A stretch of 64,000 bases of DNA from Camelus dromedarius. Taxonomy: Eukaryota. The stretch is taken from NCBI RefSeq assembly GCF_036321535.1, contig NC_087437.1, forward strand, positions 19,780,001 to 19,844,000. Direction: 5' to 3'. The translations under genes were made by a program, and so were the position numbers. The notes beneath the pieces were generated by a model. It was not told where the DNA came from and ran no database searches. It was given only the letters and a program-made list of their open reading frames with translations. This document shows positions 40,128-53,460 of this stretch, piece by piece; positions within the stretch are counted from its first letter, which is position 1, and each line of letters starts with the position of its first letter.

Positions 40128-40540
40128 CACCAACCCCATTTCTTAACGATGGCTCTGGGGTCGCCTCCTCCAGGAGGCCTTCCCTGGCATGCCTGTCACA
40201 GATTTGGGACAGTTTCCTTTCTGCATCTACCACTCAAATATGACACTGAGAGAGCCAGGACTCACCTGTCATTTCTGCATCCTTGGACCTTGGCAGCCAG
40301 CCTAGCTTGGTCAGCCTGTCACTCCTGAGTGATTTTTTGTGCATCTGCATCCGCTCTATGTTATTTACGTTGAGAGATTTATAAAATAAAGGAAAAGGCA
40401 AGAATACCTGGTAAGCATCTGTGTTGCTTCCATCCAGATTACCAGCATCGTGTTAGTTTTCCTTCAAGTCTCTTTCTCTCTCCTTAAGTAAAAGGAATGA
40501 AAACTTTTAATAATTTATGTCCCCTTTGACCATTAATCTT

Positions 40541-40680
40541 ATTTTTAATTTTATATTCTCTTTTTCTTTCTGAGATGGGGGATAATTAGGTTTATTTATT
40601 TTAATGGAGGGTCAGGGGATTGAACCCACGACATTGTGCATGCTAAGCATGCGCTCTACCACTGAGCCGTATCCTCCCCC
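40541..40680 (-). mobile_element. tRNA-Ala-derived SINE (vic-1-like) with perfect 12-bp TSD
   Basis: Reverse complement GGGGAGGATACGGCTCAGTGGTAGAGCGCATGCTTAGCATGCACAATGTCGTGGGTTCAATCCCC...; TSD ACCATTAATCTT at 40529-40540 and 40684-40695. Confidence 0.92.
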
Positions 40681-41589
40681 ACAACCATTAATCTTGGCTA
40701 TACGTCTGCTTCTCTTTGCCCTTCCCCTTCCGTGGGAAATACCATCCTTTCAGTCAATTTTGCATATCACTACAGTTATAGACATGTAGTCATGAAAAAT
40801 ACCAGCAGTCGTCTTGTGGGTGTATTTTAAGTTTTCCATGAACGATGCCACAAAGTGTACGTTGAGTCTATGACATTCTTTTCATCTCGGCTGTGTCTCA
40901 CCTCTCTCTCTGTGTTGATACAGATAGTAGTAGTTCATTCTTTCTAAGCCATATACTCTTCCACCTGTGCTTTTTACTTATGTAATATTTTCCTTTAACT
41001 AACTCACTTCTTATGGAAATTAATTTAAAAAGGAAATTTCCTGTCACCCCAATACATGGGAAATGATTATTCCTTGCCTTAAATGATGTTATAAGGAAAT
41101 AAAGGCATGGCTATTAAAATTGAAGTATAAAGTATAAAAAATTGACCAGAAGGATACTGTTCCCATGGTGACTGAGAAGAGACAGGAAGAGGAGGGCACA
41201 TGCCTAGGAATCACGCTCTGAAGGGACATACATTTATCTCAGATATTAGCGTTATTTACTTAAATGGAAAGCTGACATTTCTTGCCTTAAAGTTGCAGTA
41301 AGGAAATTAAAAATACACATGGCTAGCAACATTAAAACAACACTCTCCAGTGTAACCCCTGGTCCATTCATGTACCACGGTTGTACATGGAGCATACTTT
41401 GGGAACTACGGCTTAGTTCAGAGTTGAATGAACGGATGCACGAATGCATGCAGTAATGAGTGGTCTGCAGTGGAATTTCAGGCATCATGCCCACAGCCCG
41501 GCGGTGAGCTGAAGGCTTTCCTCAAGTCCTGCCTGCACACAGAATGGCCATCAGACTTGGCCCCTGTCCTGCTAAGAGGATGGCCACTG

Positions 41590-41830
41590 ACCCGATGCAG
41601 CATTTACAGGAGCCAGTGCTGTTCCACAGACTTTTTATATGTTAATTTATTTCTCACAATAGCCCTATTAGATAAAGACTCTTATTATCCTCCCCATTGT
41701 ACAGATAAGGAAACTGAGGCAAAGAGAATTTAAACAGGTTGCCTAGGGCCACACCACTGGTGAGTAGAAGAGCTAGATGTGAACTTGGGGAGGGTGACTT
41801 CAGGCTCCGGGATCTTTCCCTCCACCCCAT
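41590..41830 (-). mobile_element. MIR SINE
   Basis: ttctcacaatagccct...ccccattgtacagataaggaaactgaggc. Confidence 0.8.
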
Positions 41831-43059
41831 TGGGCCTCTGTCCCCAGCTGGAGGGGCCCTGTGAGCCGCTCCTCTGGGGGTGGTCCTATGTTCAAGGCCT
41901 CAGCACATGCTAGAGGGAGAGCCGGAGAACTCTGTGTCCACTCCTACTGAGGCCATAAGCCCCCAGCTGCATCAGCCCCCTAGCCCTACAACACCCAAGG
42001 GCAAAGGCTAGACTCAGATCCTGCCCACAGCTCCAGATCACCCAGATTTTCATCTCCTGAGCTCCATCTCTGTTCCCTCCTCATCTGACCAGCTGTGCCT
42101 GCCTGGCTGGCACTGGTGAGCCCTCACTGTGTTGGTCCTTGCACACTAGGCCTCCTCTCCTGGGGAAGACCACGCAGGTGACACTGGCTAGAACTCAATC
42201 AAAGGGACCTGGCAGCCCAGGAAGCAGGGAGTTAATTCTGACCAAGGCATGGAAGGCATTTCCACGGAGCACACAGTGACCAGCACGCCCTGCAGAAGGC
42301 CAGCTCTGAAGAGGAACGAATCGCCTTCACCTCTCCCCTCTCTGGGTGGCTTTTGACTGACTTCTCTGTCTTCTGGAAGGCCGTTGCCAAGGAAATCCTG
42401 AAATTTAACAGTAAAACCAAGAAAACCATCTTTCAAGGCAAGTTTTCTAATCCCAAGTGCATAAAATCAATGTGTGATAAACAATTGTAGCCTCTCCTCT
42501 TAAACCAGCAATTATAATCTCCAGACTAGAATTATTATTTTCAGAAAGAGGGAACAGAACCAGCCATTTGTCAAATGCTTATCAGGACCGCACATTTTAC
42601 CTTTACTATCTTATTTCATCTTCTCAGTCTCTCTGAGGGGAGCCTTACCTCCCTGAAGGGGAGGATGCTGCCTGCAGGGGAGCAGAGGGGTAGTCCAGGG
42701 CACAGAGTTAGGAGATGCCCGTGCTGAGCTGTGGTCTCTGTGTCTCCAGAGCTTCCTGTCAGTTGCATCATTTTGGGAAAAGCACAGTGGGGTCCCAGTG
42801 GCTGGACATAAAAGTGTCATAGGAAGGTGAGGCGGGCTGTGCCCCAGTGCAAAACCTCAAGAGAGTGGTAACCCTGATGACCCCTGGGACGGTGGGCCCA
42901 CTCACTTGGCTTTCTCCAGACTTAATCGCTCTCAACTGTGGTTCCGTTGCCCCCTAAAGCTGTACCGAACCTTGTACTAAGTATGTCGGGGTCCCCTGGT
43001 AAGAGGGAGCAGGGAGACTGCAGACAGTGAATGGTAGGATAGTCCCTTCAGTAGCGTGC

Positions 43060-43187
43060 AGGAATATAATGAGAAAGAGTGTGTGTGTGTATGTGTGTAT
43101 AACCCAATCACTGCGCTGTCCACCAGAAACTAGCACACACTGTAAGCCTATTATACTTCAATTTAAAAAATTAAAAAATAAAATAAA
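43060..43187 (+). mobile_element. L1 extreme 3' end
   Basis: aatcactgcgctgtccaccagaaactagcacac...tatacttcaatttaaaaaattaaaaaataaaataaaa. Confidence 0.8.
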
Positions 43188-43899
43188 ATGGGGAAAAAAG
43201 GTAGTCCAGTGGGAAGGAACTTGGCAGAAGCAGCGACAGGCTTAAGGGATCCACCGGGGCTGTGATTAAGGGTCTGCAGTGAGGCCACCCACCCAGCGTG
43301 AACCCAAACCATGGGGACTCATTAATTTCGCTCCTGTCCCTGCAGGCCCGTCTCCACCGCCTCTGTTCCGGCCTGTGCCCTGGGCGGGGGGCGGCAGGCA
43401 CGACCTCTGTAGATACTGCTTCATCCCAGCTCCATTCCCTCTCGCTTCTGGCTGAGTTTGACCAAAGCAGTTACGTGGGTTATGCACCAGGGAAGGCTGC
43501 TCTTAACTTAGCCAGGCCTCGATGTCCCTCCTGGTAAAATGGGTAGAGTAACAGTCTCTGCTCACGGTTTTGGGCGTTACACGAGGTCACCTGTATGAAC
43601 TGTTAGTGCATGACTGACACACGGTAGACTCTCAACCATGTTATTTTCGCAGCCTCATACTAGATGACCTGGGACCAGTCAGTGAAGACCTTTGAGTCTC
43701 TGTTCCCCTCTGTGAACGGAGGCTAACCCAGGCCTGCTGTGGGGGTTGAGCAGGACACGAAGGCTCACTTTGAAGGACTAACTGCAGAGAGTTAAGGAAT
43801 GGACTCTTTGCTAGATGGACCATGTGGAATCACCAGCGATTTGGCCATTTTTGATCTATAGACACAGCAGTTTCAAGTGGTTCAAAAATGTGGGCAGTG

Positions 43900-44463
43900 T
43901 TACCCCAGTGTTCACAGCAGCATTATTTACAACAGCCAAGACATGGAAGCAGCCTAAGTGTCCATTGACATTTGGCTGGATAGAGAAGTGGTGGTATATA
44001 TACACAATGGAATACTATTCAGCCATAAAAAGAATGAAACAATGCCATTTGCAGCAACATGGTTGGACCTAGATATTATCATACTAACTGAAGTAGGTCA
44101 GACAGAAAAAGACAAATATCATATGTTGTCACTTATATGTGGAATCTAAAAAATGACACAAATGAATTTACTTACAAAACAGAAAAGACTCAACAGACAT
44201 AGAAAACAAACTTATGGTTACCAGGAGGGAAAAGGGGAGGGGAGGGATAAAGTAGGAGTTTGGGATTAGCAGATACAAACGACTATGTGTAAAATAGATA
44301 AACAACAGGTAACTATATTTAATACTTTTTGGTAGCCTATAATGAAAAAGAATATGACAAGGAATATATATATGTATGTATAACTGAATGCTGTACACCA
44401 GAAATTAACACAACAGTGTAAATCGACTGTAATGTAATTTTTTAAAAATGACAATAAAAAAAA
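43900..44463 (+). mobile_element. young L1 (end of ORF2 + 3'UTR)
   Basis: TPVFTAALFTTAKTWKQPKCP...WYIYTMEYYSAIK, then 3'UTR and A-tail. Confidence 0.92.
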
Positions 44464-44474
44464 GTGCCAGAGAA

Positions 44475-44728
44475 ATTAGTTTCCACCCAGCAGCCCTCAG
44501 CCAGTAAATGATGGAAGTCGGATAACTATGGGCATGTCCTACATTGGCCATCAAGGTTCCCAAGTGGAGTTAAGCTTCACTCACCCACAGTGACAACTGT
44601 AAAAATAATATACCTTTATTGGCTCCTTTTCTTCCCTATCTCACTTTCCCAATTTGTTACAATGTTTCCTGGGATCATTTCCCAGATAAACAACCTATTG
44701 TCAAGAAAACCCAAAAGCCAAAAAACAA
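44475..44728 (+). mobile_element. LTR16-like ERVL LTR 3' half
   Basis: gggataactatgggcatg..ctaca...cccacagtgacaact...cctttattggct...gtttcctgggatcatttcccagataaacaac. Confidence 0.7.
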
Positions 44729-44759
44729 CTGTGGGTAAGTTGAAGGGACACCCTTAAGG

Positions 44760-45060
44760 GAGAGTGGAGCCCAGGCCTAGCAGCACCGCGGCTGCTAGCA
44801 CCCCCGGCTGAGTGAGGAGGGGCGAGAGCAGTTAGCAGGAGCTGTAACTGGGCCCTGCCCAGTGGAAGAGAGGCCAGCCTGCAGTAGCTGAGCCCCTCTG
44901 TAGAGGAGCAGGGCCCACACCAGGACCAATGAAGGGGAGCCAGAGGAACGAGCACCCCCACCTCTCACTCCTCCTGCCATTTCAGTTTCCTCCTGTACCT
45001 CCCTTTGGTTAAACCCAACCCAACAAGAGGGCAAGGGAGCCAAGCAGGGGTGAACAGGGA
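44760..45060 (-). mobile_element. LTR33-like ERVL LTR relic
   Basis: cctccctttggttaaacccaaccc..agagggcaagggagcc motif. Confidence 0.45.
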
Positions 45061-45689
45061 TGCAAACGTTCAGTAACATCAAAGAAAGAAACACAGCACT
45101 GGACCAACCACAAGAGAAGCCCCCACAGAGCAGCCTTCGGAGGTTGCCCTGGCTTGCACAGTTTCCAGCATTCCCTGGCTGGGACCTGAGGCCAAGGGAG
45201 CAGGAAACACGGCATCTGATACCTGTTCAAAGCCCAGGCCAGGCTGCTGGTGGGAACAGCTTCAAGGTCTTTGGTAGAACTGGGCTTTAAATGGCAAATT
45301 GCTCTGGGAGAGGCTGTCAAGAGAAGCCATCAGTCTTAGGGCCAGTGGGATTTGCACACATTTGTAGACCTTCTGGACTTTTCCTGATGAATGGCAAACA
45401 ATCCATCCTGAATGAAATATCACAGACTTTTATGGAGCCCTGTTACAGTCAAAGTTGAAAACCCTCCCTGACTTTGGCCAGTTTCTGACCATCCTCCATG
45501 GACACTGTGCGTCTTGTAAGAAGCTCCCTCATTGTCATCCACACCCCACCGGCATGCTCGCTGGGCCTTGCCCAACAGGCAGAGGACAAGGGAGGGAGGA
45601 GCAGGGGCCATAAGGAGGCCTCGTTCACACTCGTGTTTTTCCATCTGTGCTCTCAGTCCCAGCTCTCCACTTCCTGCAAGGACTGTGTG

Positions 45690-46023
45690 ACCATCTCCAG
45701 AGAACGGCACACCTGGCATCACCTGGGGAGCTTCAACAGAGTAGTGAGACCCAGGCTCACCTCATTTACACCAGAGATGGTGATGTCATTGGTCGGGAGT
45801 GTGGCCTGGGTTCCAGGACTGTTGTAGAAATTCCCCAGGTGACTCCAGTGTGAGGGCCACTGCACCAGTATTCCCTGGACGGCTGGAAACACAGATGGTG
45901 GGGCCCTACCTTAGAGCTGCTGATGCAGTAGGTCGGGGGTGGGGACTGAAAATTCCCATTTCTCTCAAGTTCCTGGGTGCTTCTGGTCCTACTTGTCGGG
46001 GGACCACTCTCTAAAGCCACTGC
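45690..46023. mobile_element. two adjacent MER5-type (hAT-Charlie) MITEs
   Basis: catcacctggggagctt...gtgtggcctggg...ttccccaggtgactcc; then ctgatgcagtaggtcgggggtgggg...caagttcctgggtg...ggaccactctctaaagccactg. Confidence 0.65.
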
Positions 46024-47856
46024 CTGAGTGAAAACTGAGGCTCAGAGGGTTTAAATGATTTGCTTGAGGTCAAATGACCCTCAGTGGATGGAGAACTGAA
46101 GTCTGTTTATCCCTCTCCAGGCCTGGCTGGCTGGGCCCATGCAGAGGGCCAATACTTTCTTCAAATATTTCTGGTATCAAACTATCACAGGATCTAAACC
46201 TGCTCCCAACCCCATTCTAAGTTTACTCTTGTAAGTCTATGTTTACTAGACTTGCCAGATCATAAGACTCCCTGGAGGGAGGGGAGAAGGGAAGCACTTG
46301 TTTAAAATACTTATTTCTAGCCAGCTGTATCTCCCACCACCATGAAGTGGGTTTGGAAATACCCTCTAAGGGAAGCATTGGCCTCCCTGAGCTTCCCTTT
46401 TAAAATGAAGCTCTTTCTTCCTCCAGCTTGGAAAACCCTTGGTGTGGGCTTAGAGCCCAACAAACCTGGGTTCCAGGCACAGCTTGTCAATTTACAGGCT
46501 GTGTGGCCTTGGACAGGTTACCTAACCTCTCTGAGCCCACTTTCCTTCTCTGACAGCCTCACTTCTGTACAATGAGGATTTTGGGACGATTAAATAGCAT
46601 GCCTTGGATTTGGGCACACCACATTGTTTCTCCCTCCCCCGGGCCATGTGGTAGGGACAGACACAGCTGCCATCAGGAAAACACAGCCAACCAGGGGCCC
46701 CCAGGGGTGAGCACACTCTCCTCCCATGGGTGGTGCTGGCAGGCAGGGTGCCCAGTGCATCTGGGTAGGCTCCCTGCCACTCCTGCTGCAGGGTGATCCC
46801 TGAGCACAAGCAGCCCCCTGCCCAAGAAGCCAGCCCTCCTAGTCAGCAGCCCCGCTGTGCCCCCGCTGTGCCTCCGTCAGCCTCTGGGCTCTGGGTGGGA
46901 GGTAATTTCACACCCCTGACTCTCTGCACCCTGGTGATGGATGTGTGTAAGTGACCCTGGCCTCTCAGCCGCTGTTGGCACCCACAATGATGTAATTGAA
47001 TTTGTATACACTGTAAATTTTATTAGAGGAAAGCAATCTAGTTCCAATTCTAGTTCTCTGGAGTTACTGGATTGTATCTGAGGATAAACTGACTGGTCAG
47101 CTGGGCGAGGACAGAGGTCAGGGCCACAGTAACTCTCTCACTAGCTTTCACCAGGCATGATAAACAGAAGCGTACAGCAAATCCCAAGAGCACCAGACAC
47201 CTCCAATGTGGTGGGGAGCCCTCAGGGAAGGGATGTGTGTGAGGCCAGCTCAGAGCCACTCACCACGGGGCTCAATAGAGAAGAGCCCTTCGTGTCTGCG
47301 TCCGTCTTCATCACTCGCCATAACCCATCTCACCTTCCCTTCCTTCCTCAATTCCCGCCCCTCTGAGCCTCTTGGCTTGGGGGAAACAACTAGCTTACTT
47401 CCATGAGCCTCAGTTTCTTCATCTGTGAAACGGACTTGTTAATACATGTCTCCAAGGGCTGTTGTAGGATGGAACAAGATGGTTACTGTCGAGTGCCTGG
47501 CACATGGTCGGGACTCAGTGCGTGTGAGGAACCTCTCTGTCATTGAAAACCCTTCTTGGATGATTGAATGCCTTAGCTGTGGATACATTTTTACTAACTG
47601 CTTACTCAGAGTGAGGCTTGGGCCCAATCCTGATGGGTTACCACTGTTGGTTCTCAGGCAACTCAGTCTGGCTGGGAATTCCCAGTACACACATACCCTT
47701 CTCCCTCACGGGGCAAGATGGTGAGTGGCCATGAGGGGCTGGTGGTGACCAATAGTACCACAGAGCTCATGGAAAGGAGAGGTCCTTGGGGACCTGAATA
47801 GTCAGGGCAGGCTTCCTGGAGGAGGTGAGGGTGAGCTGGGCCTTTAAGAATGGACT

Positions 47857-48145
47857 ATCACAGACAGCAAATAAACTTATGGTTACCAAAGGGGAAAGTT
47901 AGGGTGGAGGGATAAATTGGGAGTTTGGGATTAACAGATAACACATTACTGTGTATAAAAGAAATAAACAACAAGGTCCTACTGTACAGCAAAAGGAACT
48001 GTATTCAATATCTTGTAATAACCTATAATGGAAAAGAATATGAATAGAATATATGTATGTATTTGTGTAACTGAACCACTATGCCGTACACCAGAAACTA
48101 ACACAACATTGTAAATCAACTCTAATAAAAAGAAAACAAAAAGGA
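47857..48145 (+). mobile_element. young L1 3'UTR
   Basis: aaacttatggttaccaaaggggaaag...gggataaattgggagtttgggattaacaga...aacattgtaaatcaactctaataaaaag. Confidence 0.9.
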
Positions 48146-48406
48146 ACAGGCAAAATCTAGGGAGAGTGAGCAGAGCTAGGAGGCTAGGCATTTATCAAGC
48201 ACCCTCCCTATACCAAGAACTTTACAAACTGGCATTTTGTGTAGTTCTTACTTTAAGCCAAGAACTAGGCATGCTCTTCCCTCCTTGACGGGTGCTAAGA
48301 CACTGAGACAATGAGATTGCACCCCAAGGGGCCAGGTAAGGAATATAAGATGCACAAATTCAAGACCACACACTTACTGGTGGTGGGAATGACTTTCAAA
48401 AGCAAG

Positions 48407-48538
48407 GGGGAGGGTATAGCTCAGTGGTAGAGCACATGCTTGGCATGCACGAGGTCCTGGGTTCAATCCCCAGTACCTCCATTAAAAAAAAAATTAAAAA
48501 TAAATAAATAAGCCTAACTACCTCCCCCTCCCCCTAAA
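48407..48538 (+). mobile_element. near full-length tRNA-Ala-derived SINE (vic-1-like)
   Basis: GGGGAGGGTATAGCTCAGTGGTAGAGCACATGCTTGGCATGCACGAGGTCCTGGGTTCAATCCCCAGTACCTCCA followed by an A-rich linker and a C-rich tail; A and B boxes intact. Confidence 0.92.
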
Positions 48539-48689
48539 CTAGATCTGTCTGACACATAAATTTTCTTTGTAACCACTTCTCACACCACTGACACCTACCT
48601 GCCCGCTGTCTCTGGTACCAGATGAGGAGACAAAAGCATCCCCATTTGACTAATAGAACAAAAGTGGGTCTGGCTGGGGGCCCCTGCAC

Positions 48690-48691
<2 letters not shown>

Positions 48692-48757
<66 letters not shown>
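48692..48757. repeat. perfect (TG)33 microsatellite
   Basis: Directly visible. Confidence 0.97.
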
Positions 48758-48759
<2 letters not shown>

Positions 48760-50504
48760 CTTCTATTAGGAGAGGCTGATTCACCAAGCTTCCCTATGTA
48801 ATTAAGCCTTTGTTGACTACGGCTCACTCCCTATCAAGGATGGCCCTGGGAAGGGCGTTTAGGAGGAAAACTTAAAGCTGATGTCCTATTCCATCCTGCA
48901 GCCACAGAGGCAGCTCTCCCTGCCTGGGTAGCAGGGACCAGCTTACCCCAGATTTGATTTCCACCCAACTCAGAAGCATGGCTATTTCTGGAACACACCT
49001 GGGAAACGCCTGCAGCTTTATGCACTGTTGTTTCTGAACTTGACAGAAAAATTGGCTTTGATTTTGTTGAAGGTTTTCTGTTTTATTAATGTTGGATTTT
49101 CCCTCTAGATTGGAAGGCAGCTCAGTGATGTGTAAACCTCCATTTTCATCTTTTTTTCCCTCCGAATTTCATTCCACTTCATCACTAGCTGCCTCCTATC
49201 GAAGGCTTCCCAGAGATGGATGGCAGTGTCCAGAAACCATTTTCTTATTCTGCTTATCTTGTTTGTTTAAACCCGGGCTCGGAGGGGCCCAGCTCTCCCT
49301 TGAGGAGGTCCTGGATTTTCACCTGATTTCGAGCCACCACCATACAGCAAACACGCTCTGTTTATCTTTCCAGATTGCAGCATTTAGCGAGTCTTTGGAA
49401 GTAGAAAAGGGCATGTGTTCTTGAGAAAGAGCTTGGCAGAGGAAGACGAGCTTAGATTTCAGAATCACCTAGCTGTGTTTAAATCCCAGTTTTGCCTCTT
49501 CCTAGTGGTGAGACCAAGCAGGTTAACCTATCTCCTTAAGCCTTGGTTTCTGTACATGCAATGAAGAAATAAAAATGCTTCCTTTCAGGGTGATGGTGGA
49601 GATTAAAAGATGGGTAAAACTACAGCATCCAGCACAGACTAGATCCTCAGTGAATGATGCCTTTTCCCCTTCCGACTCCTTGAGCAAGAAAACACAGCAC
49701 ACTCTGGTTTGGTGCTTATCTTAGAAAGGTGGTAACAAGTGAGAGGAAACATCTCATTTTCAGCACCTCGTTTATCAGTCCTCCTGTCTGCTTGGCATCT
49801 GGAGTTGTCGTTGGTACAGTAAAGTAAAAGAAGAAGGAAATGTTTCCCCGCCTCAAAGGAGGCTGAGGAGTATGAGTGGCAGTGAAATCTCTGGGGTGCC
49901 CCTCATGCCTGTCTCATCAGGAGAAGATGTGCACGGTGGTACCTGCCATCGATATAGAAGGAAGGCCAGGAAAGAGGCTGACCTGGGGAGCGCTGATGGC
50001 TTTGGGCTGAATTTGGATGGGGGGAGGGCATCTAGAATGGAGGAGTATTCTGGGAAGAAAGATGCTTGCTCGCCAGCGGAAGAGGAGAGACAGGCCACAT
50101 TGGGGAAGTCATATCAGTGAGGCAGAAATGTATTGAATGAGCACAACAACGGGTGACTAGAGCGAGCAAGCCACTGTGGGTTCTTGAGATTGGAAGTGAC
50201 ATGGTAACATTCAGGGCTTGATGTGCCTCAACATCGAGCACAGTGTTTGTACACAGTAGGTGCTCAATAAATAAATGTCTGGTTGAGTGGCCAAGGCTCA
50301 GCTGGGGTATCACCTCCTCCAGGAAGCCTTTCCTAATCCTGCCAACCCCCCTCTGCCTGCAGGGCCTCCAGTTCACTCTCTGCTGCAGACCATGCCTCAA
50401 AGGGTTAGCTTTGTCTCTGACCCACCACCAACACTGGACTCCAGTCTTTGTGAGGACAGGACTGTGCTCTGTATCCTCAGCTGGACCCATGAAATGGGGT
50501 TGGA

Positions 50505-50553
50505 AGGGGAGGGTGCAGAGAAAGAGGGGAGGGTGCAGAGAAAGAGGGGAGGG
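50505..50553. repeat. 20-bp tandem repeat x~2.4 (AGGGGAGGGTGCAGAGAAAG)
   Basis: Two identical units at 50505-50524 and 50525-50544 plus a partial third. Confidence 0.9.
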
Positions 50554-52562
50554 GGAAGTTTGCAGAAGTTGAAGGCCCTTAAGGACTACAAATTGGACTG
50601 TTTAACTTCAGTGTAATTAACTAAGCTATGGACCTAAACCCAAGCAAGTGGAAAATAGATCATATTTGGAGAAATTCAGGCTACTTAGTAACAGAGTATT
50701 TGGTGAAAAAATGTGAACTATTTTGTAGCATTGAACAGTGCTGCGTTGCTAGATCAGCACCTTGGAAATGACTTAGGGAAATGCTGCTATTTTACAGATG
50801 TTGAGAGCATGACACCAATGCCCAAGGTTACTTGGCTTGAACTTGAAGGGCAGGGTGGATGCTGACTCTTGAATCCTTCTTGCTAGAATCCTTGCCTCAT
50901 GCCAGAGCTGCTTCTTGGAACAGTGGATTTCTATGCCCTCCCAACTCTGCAGGTTCCAGAGCAATTTCCCCAAGACACACTGGCCTGCTCATCTCCACAC
51001 TGAGCACTTTACATGCAAAGTTCATGGAATCCCCACAATTCATGAGACAGGAGTCACCAACTCCATTTCGCGGAGGAAGACATCGAGGCCCAGAGCAATG
51101 ACATGGACCATCCAAGGCCACTTAGCTGTAACTGGTGGTGCTGAGATTTGAACCAAGTGCTCTGGACTCCTGAGTTAAGGCCATTCTAGCGGTGGCATGT
51201 TGGGAAAGAATTGCTCGCGGCAGCACACAGGCAGGAGCCACATGGGAGCATTTGCAATAGCAGATGTTTCCTACCTGGCAGATCAAGCTGGAAAGAAATG
51301 GGAGCTTTTCATGCCCTCCCTTACAGTAGCAGTGTCTTCCCAGATCCCTTTGGTCACTGATGCCATCAAACTGAATTCTTTAGCGTGGAAACATTACATC
51401 CCAGGAATTGCTTTTCCTGCATAATATTTCTAGGAAAGTTAATCGTCTCATTAGTCATATTTGCATTCCATTTTAATTGCATCTTGAGAGCCAGTGTATT
51501 CATTTTCCTCCCAGGTTATGGTTCTTACTTTAACAACCTTTTACAAAGCAGGGAAGATCAGAGCACATGAAGAATACCTTGCTTTCTTAAAATATCCACC
51601 TCCCCAAAAATGTAAGGCCCAATTTCCACTGCAGCTATAAGCTAATTATCATGTACAAAATATGGATCACAGCTAATTACCAGGATCTGACCTTATTTCG
51701 AAGTCATAGATTCCTGTAAACTAGGTTACTATTAGTAAAGAAATAGAGATTCAAGTAGGAATTCAAGAATGACAGTGAGGAATGGATATGAAACGTTTAT
51801 ATTTTTAACAGACAGCAGAGACAAGAGATAATTTTCCTAGGCTTATGTCTGGTGAAATTTTCCAGAAGTCCACCCTTGGAGGGGCCTTATTATTGGGACA
51901 GAGATGATGAAATGACAATTTCATTAGCATCTTAGAATCTTCTATTTGGAAATAAGGATGGCTGCTTCCATTTTTCAGTTTTTTAGGGACTGGACACTGC
52001 CTGTCATCTACAGAGCCCTGTACTAGGCGAGGTGAAGAATTGTGAGATGACAGAGCCAGTATCCTTGACCTCGAGGGGTCCTTGGGGTAGGTGGAAATGA
52101 AGTGTGGTCCCCAATTCCAGGCAAGGAGTGCTGAGATCCCATGAGGGGAGCTGGGGGTGCGAGCATCAAGGGAGAGCTCTTGTCTGGACTCGTAACATTG
52201 GAGCTGGGTTTTGATGGGCCACAAGGATTTCATTAGATGGAAAGAGGAATGGAGGGAGCATCTAGGGTGGGAGAAAATGCTGACAGATGGAAAGACAGAT
52301 GTTTAAGGAACTGAGGACCAATAATAAGATTTGTGTGTCCATCGCTGGGGTCTTCATGCTGACATCATGACAATTCAGAAGGCATGTGCTGACTTTGGGA
52401 AGAGTCTGCACGTGTTCATTTTCCTGAGGAGGGATAGTTTCTAACTTTCATTAGCTTCTCAAAAAGGCCAATGACTCCCTCTAAAAGTTTAGACTCACTG
52501 GCCTGGAGGACAGTTTTTGTGAAATGCAGAAATGGATGTTAGAACAAACTGTGGGGGCAAAC

Positions 52563-53008
52563 AAGGTATTGAATATATCCCCTGTGCTATACAGTAGGAC
52601 CTTGCTGTTTATCTATTTTATGTACAGTAGTTAATATTTGCAAATCCTGAACTCTCAATTTATCCCTCCACCCCTCTTCCCCCTTGGTAACCATAAGTTT
52701 GTTTTCTATGTCTGTGAGTCTGTTTCTGTTTTGTAAATAAGTTCATTTACATAATTTTTTAAGATCACATATATAAATGATATCATATGGTGTTTGTTTT
52801 CTGTCTGGCTTATTTCACTTAGTATGACAGTCTCTAGTTCTCGCTATGTTTCTTTTTTATGGCTGAGTAGTATTTCATTGTATAAATATACCACAACTTT
52901 ATTTAGTCATCTGTTGATGGACATTTAGGTTGTTTCCATGTCTTGGCTATTGTAAATAGGGCTACTGTGAACATTGGGGTGCGCATATCTTTTCGAATTA
53001 GTTTCTCA
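52563..53008 (-). mobile_element. young L1 fragment (ORF2 end + 3'UTR, tail missing)
   Basis: TPMFTVALFTIAKTWKQPKCPSTDD in the minus-strand frame; 3'UTR motifs. Confidence 0.88.
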
Positions 53009-53264
53009 TAGCCAGTATTATACACCTGGACCATTTGGGACTCAGCTGGGGTTGGAGGCAGGATGGCATAGAGGTGAGAGGGGCTAAGTGGGAGCTGGAC
53101 AGAGGCTGGAAGAGGCAAGAAGGCCAGAGGGAGGCTGCTGTGCTTCCAGAAGAACAGACAAGGGCCTGGGCCAGGGGAAGGGGGCTACCAGAAAGGAGAA
53201 CTGGAGAAGCTGTGGAGGAGAGGGGAAAGGGTTTGGTATCAGAGGGAAAGTAGGTAGAGACACG

Positions 53265-53460
53265 TGGCAGCAGAGAGTGATGGTGGTGTGTGAGCTCTGG
53301 CGCCAGGCTGTCAAGTTCAAATCCAGCTCTGCTGCTTCCTGCTCGCACAAATTACCTAACCTTCCATGTCTCGGTTTCCTTAGCTGTAATATTGGCTCCT
53401 CCCTCAGAGTTTTGTGGGTGAGTATTAAGTGGCCAAAGATGTGCCAGGTACCTGCCACAG
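53265..53460 (+). mobile_element. MIR SINE
   Basis: gagctctggcgccaggc..gttcaaatccagctctgc...tctcggtttccttagctgtaa. Confidence 0.7.

Noticed and set aside
48410..48481. Apparent tRNA-Ala gene
   Set aside because: Anticodon is altered to GGC, there is no T-run terminator, and it is followed by the linker and tail shared with the other SINE copies.
49360..49424. Possible exon after a ttatctttccag acceptor
   Set aside because: Short frame without a convincing donor or recognisable protein; cannot be supported without transcript data.
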